IMG/VR virus record: IMGVR_UViG_3300045988_064271 | Direction: 5' to 3' (one strand) | DNA length: 32,267 nucleotides | Source: a virus | Shown: positions 30,597 to 32,267 of the stretch, piece after piece | Layout: each line of letters opens with the position of its first letter | Numbering within the stretch: position 1 is the first letter of the stretch | Made by a program: the position numbers and the translations under genes | Notes under the pieces: model-generated | The model's input: only the letters and a program-made list of their open reading frames with translations | Databases searched by the model: none | Told to the model about the DNA's origin: nothing

Positions 30597-30625
30597 AGGG
30601 CGGAAGCTTCCGCCCTCCCTTTCTT
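30597..30625 (+). terminator. Rho-independent terminator / attenuator
   Basis: AGGGCGGAAGCTTCCGCCCT is a perfect 20-nt palindrome, followed by CCCTTTCTT. Confidence 0.7.
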
Positions 30626-30654
30626 GGGATTTCATTTTACCACATCACAAGATT

Positions 30655-30798
30655 ATGAACAAGAAAAAAATAAACATCTTATTGCTGGTTCTATTCGTCC
30701 TGATCGTTCTGGACGATACCCACGGGTGGCTGGACGCCGTAAAAATCGGATTGATTGCCGCCTGCGGGATTTTAAACAATCGTAACGCACACAAATAA
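30655..30798 (+). CDS. Possible 47-aa small membrane protein
   Basis: MNKKKINILLLVLFVLIVLDDTHGWLDAVKIGLIAACGILNNRNAHK has a basic N-terminus plus two hydrophobic stretches. No obvious ribosome-binding site. Confidence 0.4.
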   Translation: MNKKKINILLLVLFVLIVLDDTHGWLDAVKIGLIAACGILNNRNAHK

Positions 30799-30819
30799 CA
30801 TTTAATGGAGGTACAACAA

Positions 30820-31455
30820 ATGAGAAGAGTATTTTTAGAATCAAACGGATACAACATGATCGGATTTATTTTTAGCGATGGTATGGTCGCATTTGACTGC
30901 ACCACGATCGACGAAGCCATCCACATGGACTACAGCGGCGTTCGCGGCTGCAAATCTGCAGAAGAAGCGGCTGTTAACTGCAACACAGAAGTGATCCCAT
31001 TCATCGAAGACGAATGGGAATCCGTCGTAGAAATCGGCGAGATCAAAATTGCCCGCCAGAACGCAGGCATCAGTCAGCAGCAGATGTCGAATCTGTTCGA
31101 CATCCCAAAAAGAACGATTGAAAATTGGGAATCCGGATCCAGATCCTGTCCGGAATGGGCGGAGGATATGATCGTCGAAAAACTGAATCGTTTCCAGCAC
31201 AGACGTCCGATCATGCACGCAATCGCACGCCAGATTGACTGGCTGTGGGATGTGATCTGCAATCCGAAAAACGAAGGAAAAGATATGACTGCGCACGAAG
31301 ATGACATCATCGTGCTTGCGAACGAATATTTCTCACTGCGTGGTCATTCCGGAAGAGTCTCTTTTGTCGCAGGAATGGATGACGAAGCGAACACGGTTTC
31401 TGCAATCCGCGACATGGTCCATCAGGATCGGGGGGAAGACAATGAATCGTGTTAA
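30820..31455 (+). CDS. 211-aa protein with a central XRE-type HTH flanked by unknown N- and C-terminal domains
   Basis: Start at the ATG at 30820, behind GGAGG. The HTH is ARQNAGISQQQMSNLFDIPKRTIENWESGSRSCPEWAEDMIV. Confidence 0.7.
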   Translation: MRRVFLESNGYNMIGFIFSDGMVAFDCTTIDEAIHMDYSGVRGCKSAEEAAVNCNTEVIPFIEDEWESVVEIGEIKIARQNAGISQQQMSNLFDIPKRTIENWESGSRSCPEWAEDMIVEKLNRFQHRRPIMHAIARQIDWLWDVICNPKNEGKDMTAHEDDIIVLANEYFSLRGHSGRVSFVAGMDDEANTVSAIRDMVHQDRGEDNESC

Positions 31456-31537
31456 GGATCTTTCCGGTCAGAGATTTGGTCGGCTGGTAGTTCTGCAACG
31501 CAAAGAAATAAGAGGGCATCAGAGCCCTCTTTTTTAA
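31442..31537 (+). pseudogene. Truncated remnant of a gene with the (L)SGQRFGRL(V)V N-terminal motif
   Basis: MNRVKDLSGQRFGRLVVLQRKEIRGHQSPLF. After about 20 codons the frame runs into the terminator hairpin and stops. Confidence 0.4.
31510..31535. terminator. Bidirectional rho-independent terminator between convergent transcription units
   Basis: AAGAGGGC-atcaga-GCCCTCTT followed by TTTT on the plus strand and ATTTCTTT on the minus strand. Confidence 0.75.
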
Positions 31538-31971
31538 TACATGAAATATTTTGCTATCTTATCCGGTTTTGCATCTTCGTCGTTTATGAAATCATATGCC
31601 AGATTGAAGTAGAAGTCTGCATCGTCCTGTCCGATGATCTTGGCGGTTCTGCTGTAGTCGTTTACCATCATATTCATCACCAGGTAGTAGTCAGTTACAT
31701 GATCGTTGATCCCTTTTTCCTGCAGGTATTCGGCGATGTCTTCCCGGCTCCAGCGCTGCCCATACGGGATCATGCCCTGGACGATCCGGGCAGCTTCTTC
31801 CGGTTCGATCTGGTAGGCTACCTGCTCGGCTTTTTTGACGTAGTCCTGGTACTTTTCCGGGAAATTATCTTTTAAAAAATCCCCCATTTCATAGTATACC
31901 AGATCCATCGCCTGTTTTTTCTCGACGCTTTTTCCTGCATAGACGGCGTCGGATATTTCTCGCAAATCCAT
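31534..31971 (-). CDS. Hypothetical acidic protein, last gene of the post-lysis cargo island
   Basis: The ORF 31534..31980 starts with GTG, but the ATG at 31971 sits behind AGGTGA and is preferred. YYLVMNMMVNDYSRTAKIIG...FINDEDAKPDKIAKYFMY. No family recognised. Confidence 0.6.
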   Translation of the reverse strand: MDLREISDAVYAGKSVEKKQAMDLVYYEMGDFLKDNFPEKYQDYVKKAEQVAYQIEPEEAARIVQGMIPYGQRWSREDIAEYLQEKGINDHVTDYYLVMNMMVNDYSRTAKIIGQDDADFYFNLAYDFINDEDAKPDKIAKYFMY

Positions 31972-31980
31972 GACGGTCAC

Positions 31981-32168
31981 CTAGCACAGTTTCACGACAG
32001 ACAGATTTGCGTTTGCAAAATTTGCAGCGACGCCGATATTTTTCACTGTCAGGACTGCGGTGTTATTTACGCATGCGCAGGACTGCGGCACTTCGATAAT
32101 CGTTTCGAATGCCGGATTTACTACCGCGGTAGCATTGGCACTCGTCGCCTGGGCGATAGCCCCGGGCA
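31981..32168 (-). CDS. 3' part of the junction-spanning BclA-CTD/C1q-like gene (5' part at 1..247)
   Basis: The frame is continuous through the 99-nt repeat. The C-terminus is ...NPAFETIIEVPQSCACVNNTAVLTVKNIGVAANFANANLSVVKLC. Confidence 0.6.
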
Positions 32169-32267
32169 CGTCTGTGCCGTTCTTTTGCAGCTGTACCGCC
32201 ACGTCTCCTGCGGTGCCGCTCTCGACGGCAATGCCGTTAAACGCGATCTGATATAGTCCCGGTTTTC
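32169..32267. repeat. Terminal direct repeat, copy 2 (identical to 1..99)
   Basis: Same 99-nt string as the window start. Confidence 0.95.

Noticed and set aside
30567-30785. 72-aa plus-strand ORF, together with minus-strand ORFs 30645..30926 and 30653..30844
   Set aside because: The plus ORF starts inside the micro-ORF and reads through the terminator palindrome. All three are Arg/Ser-rich with no ribosome-binding site. The small membrane ORF in another frame is more protein-like.
1-32267. tRNA, rRNA, CRISPR arrays, transposases or IS elements, and known multi-gene defence systems (RM with a nuclease, CBASS, retron, Thoeris and similar)
   Set aside because: I saw no cloverleaf-like or repeat-spacer structures, no transposase, reverse transcriptase, cyclase or TIR/SIR2-like motifs, and no restriction endonuclease partner for either methyltransferase. 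This is by-eye inspection only, so small RNAs cannot be excluded.

Overview
This window is a complete, circularly closed temperate siphovirus-type phage or prophage genome from a Gram-positive, probably Clostridia-like, host. The host call is an inference from GGAGG-type ribosome-binding sites and the gene families present. Nt 1..99 repeat exactly at 32169..32267, so the unique length is 32,168 bp and one gene spans the junction.

Nearly everything from 312 to 27077 is on the minus strand. In transcription order:
- An early region of about 30 small genes, including an XRE/zinc-finger regulator, a DUF4406 protein, a NinG/HNH-like protein, a frameshifted C5-cytosine methyltransferase, DUF551 proteins, a PC4/YdbC-like ssDNA binder and an HUH rolling-circle Rep-like protein.
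- A sigma-region-4-like late regulator.
- A promoter-plus-terminator cassette.
- HNH endonuclease, P27-type TerS and TerL.
- An N6-adenine methyltransferase inserted between TerL and portal.
- HK97-type portal, ClpP-like protease and major capsid protein.
- Head-tail connectors, major tail protein and tail chaperone G/GT with an A_AAA_AAG -1 frameshift site.
- Tape measure, Dit, Tal-like protein, a CBM5/12 protein and a receptor-binding protein.
- Holin and an M23/SH3 endolysin.
- A post-lysis cargo island.

The plus-strand lysogeny and cargo block (27181..31537) holds:
- a near-consensus promoter driving an XRE repressor;
- a duplicated TerB-like + BRCT protein;
- a large serine integrase;
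- a consensus promoter, 30-codon micro-ORF and terminator unit;
- a small membrane ORF and a 211-aa HTH protein.

Most interesting are the TerB-like/BRCT gene beside the integrase, the spore-coat/exosporium-flavoured cargo island that crosses the junction, and the HUH Rep, which is the only recognisable replication gene and has a candidate nick site next to it. Also notable are the leader-peptide/terminator unit and the two G8 homopolymer tracts, each of which reads better as G7. No tRNA, rRNA, CRISPR array or transposase was recognised. All functional calls rest on motifs read by eye and need database or structure searches to confirm.
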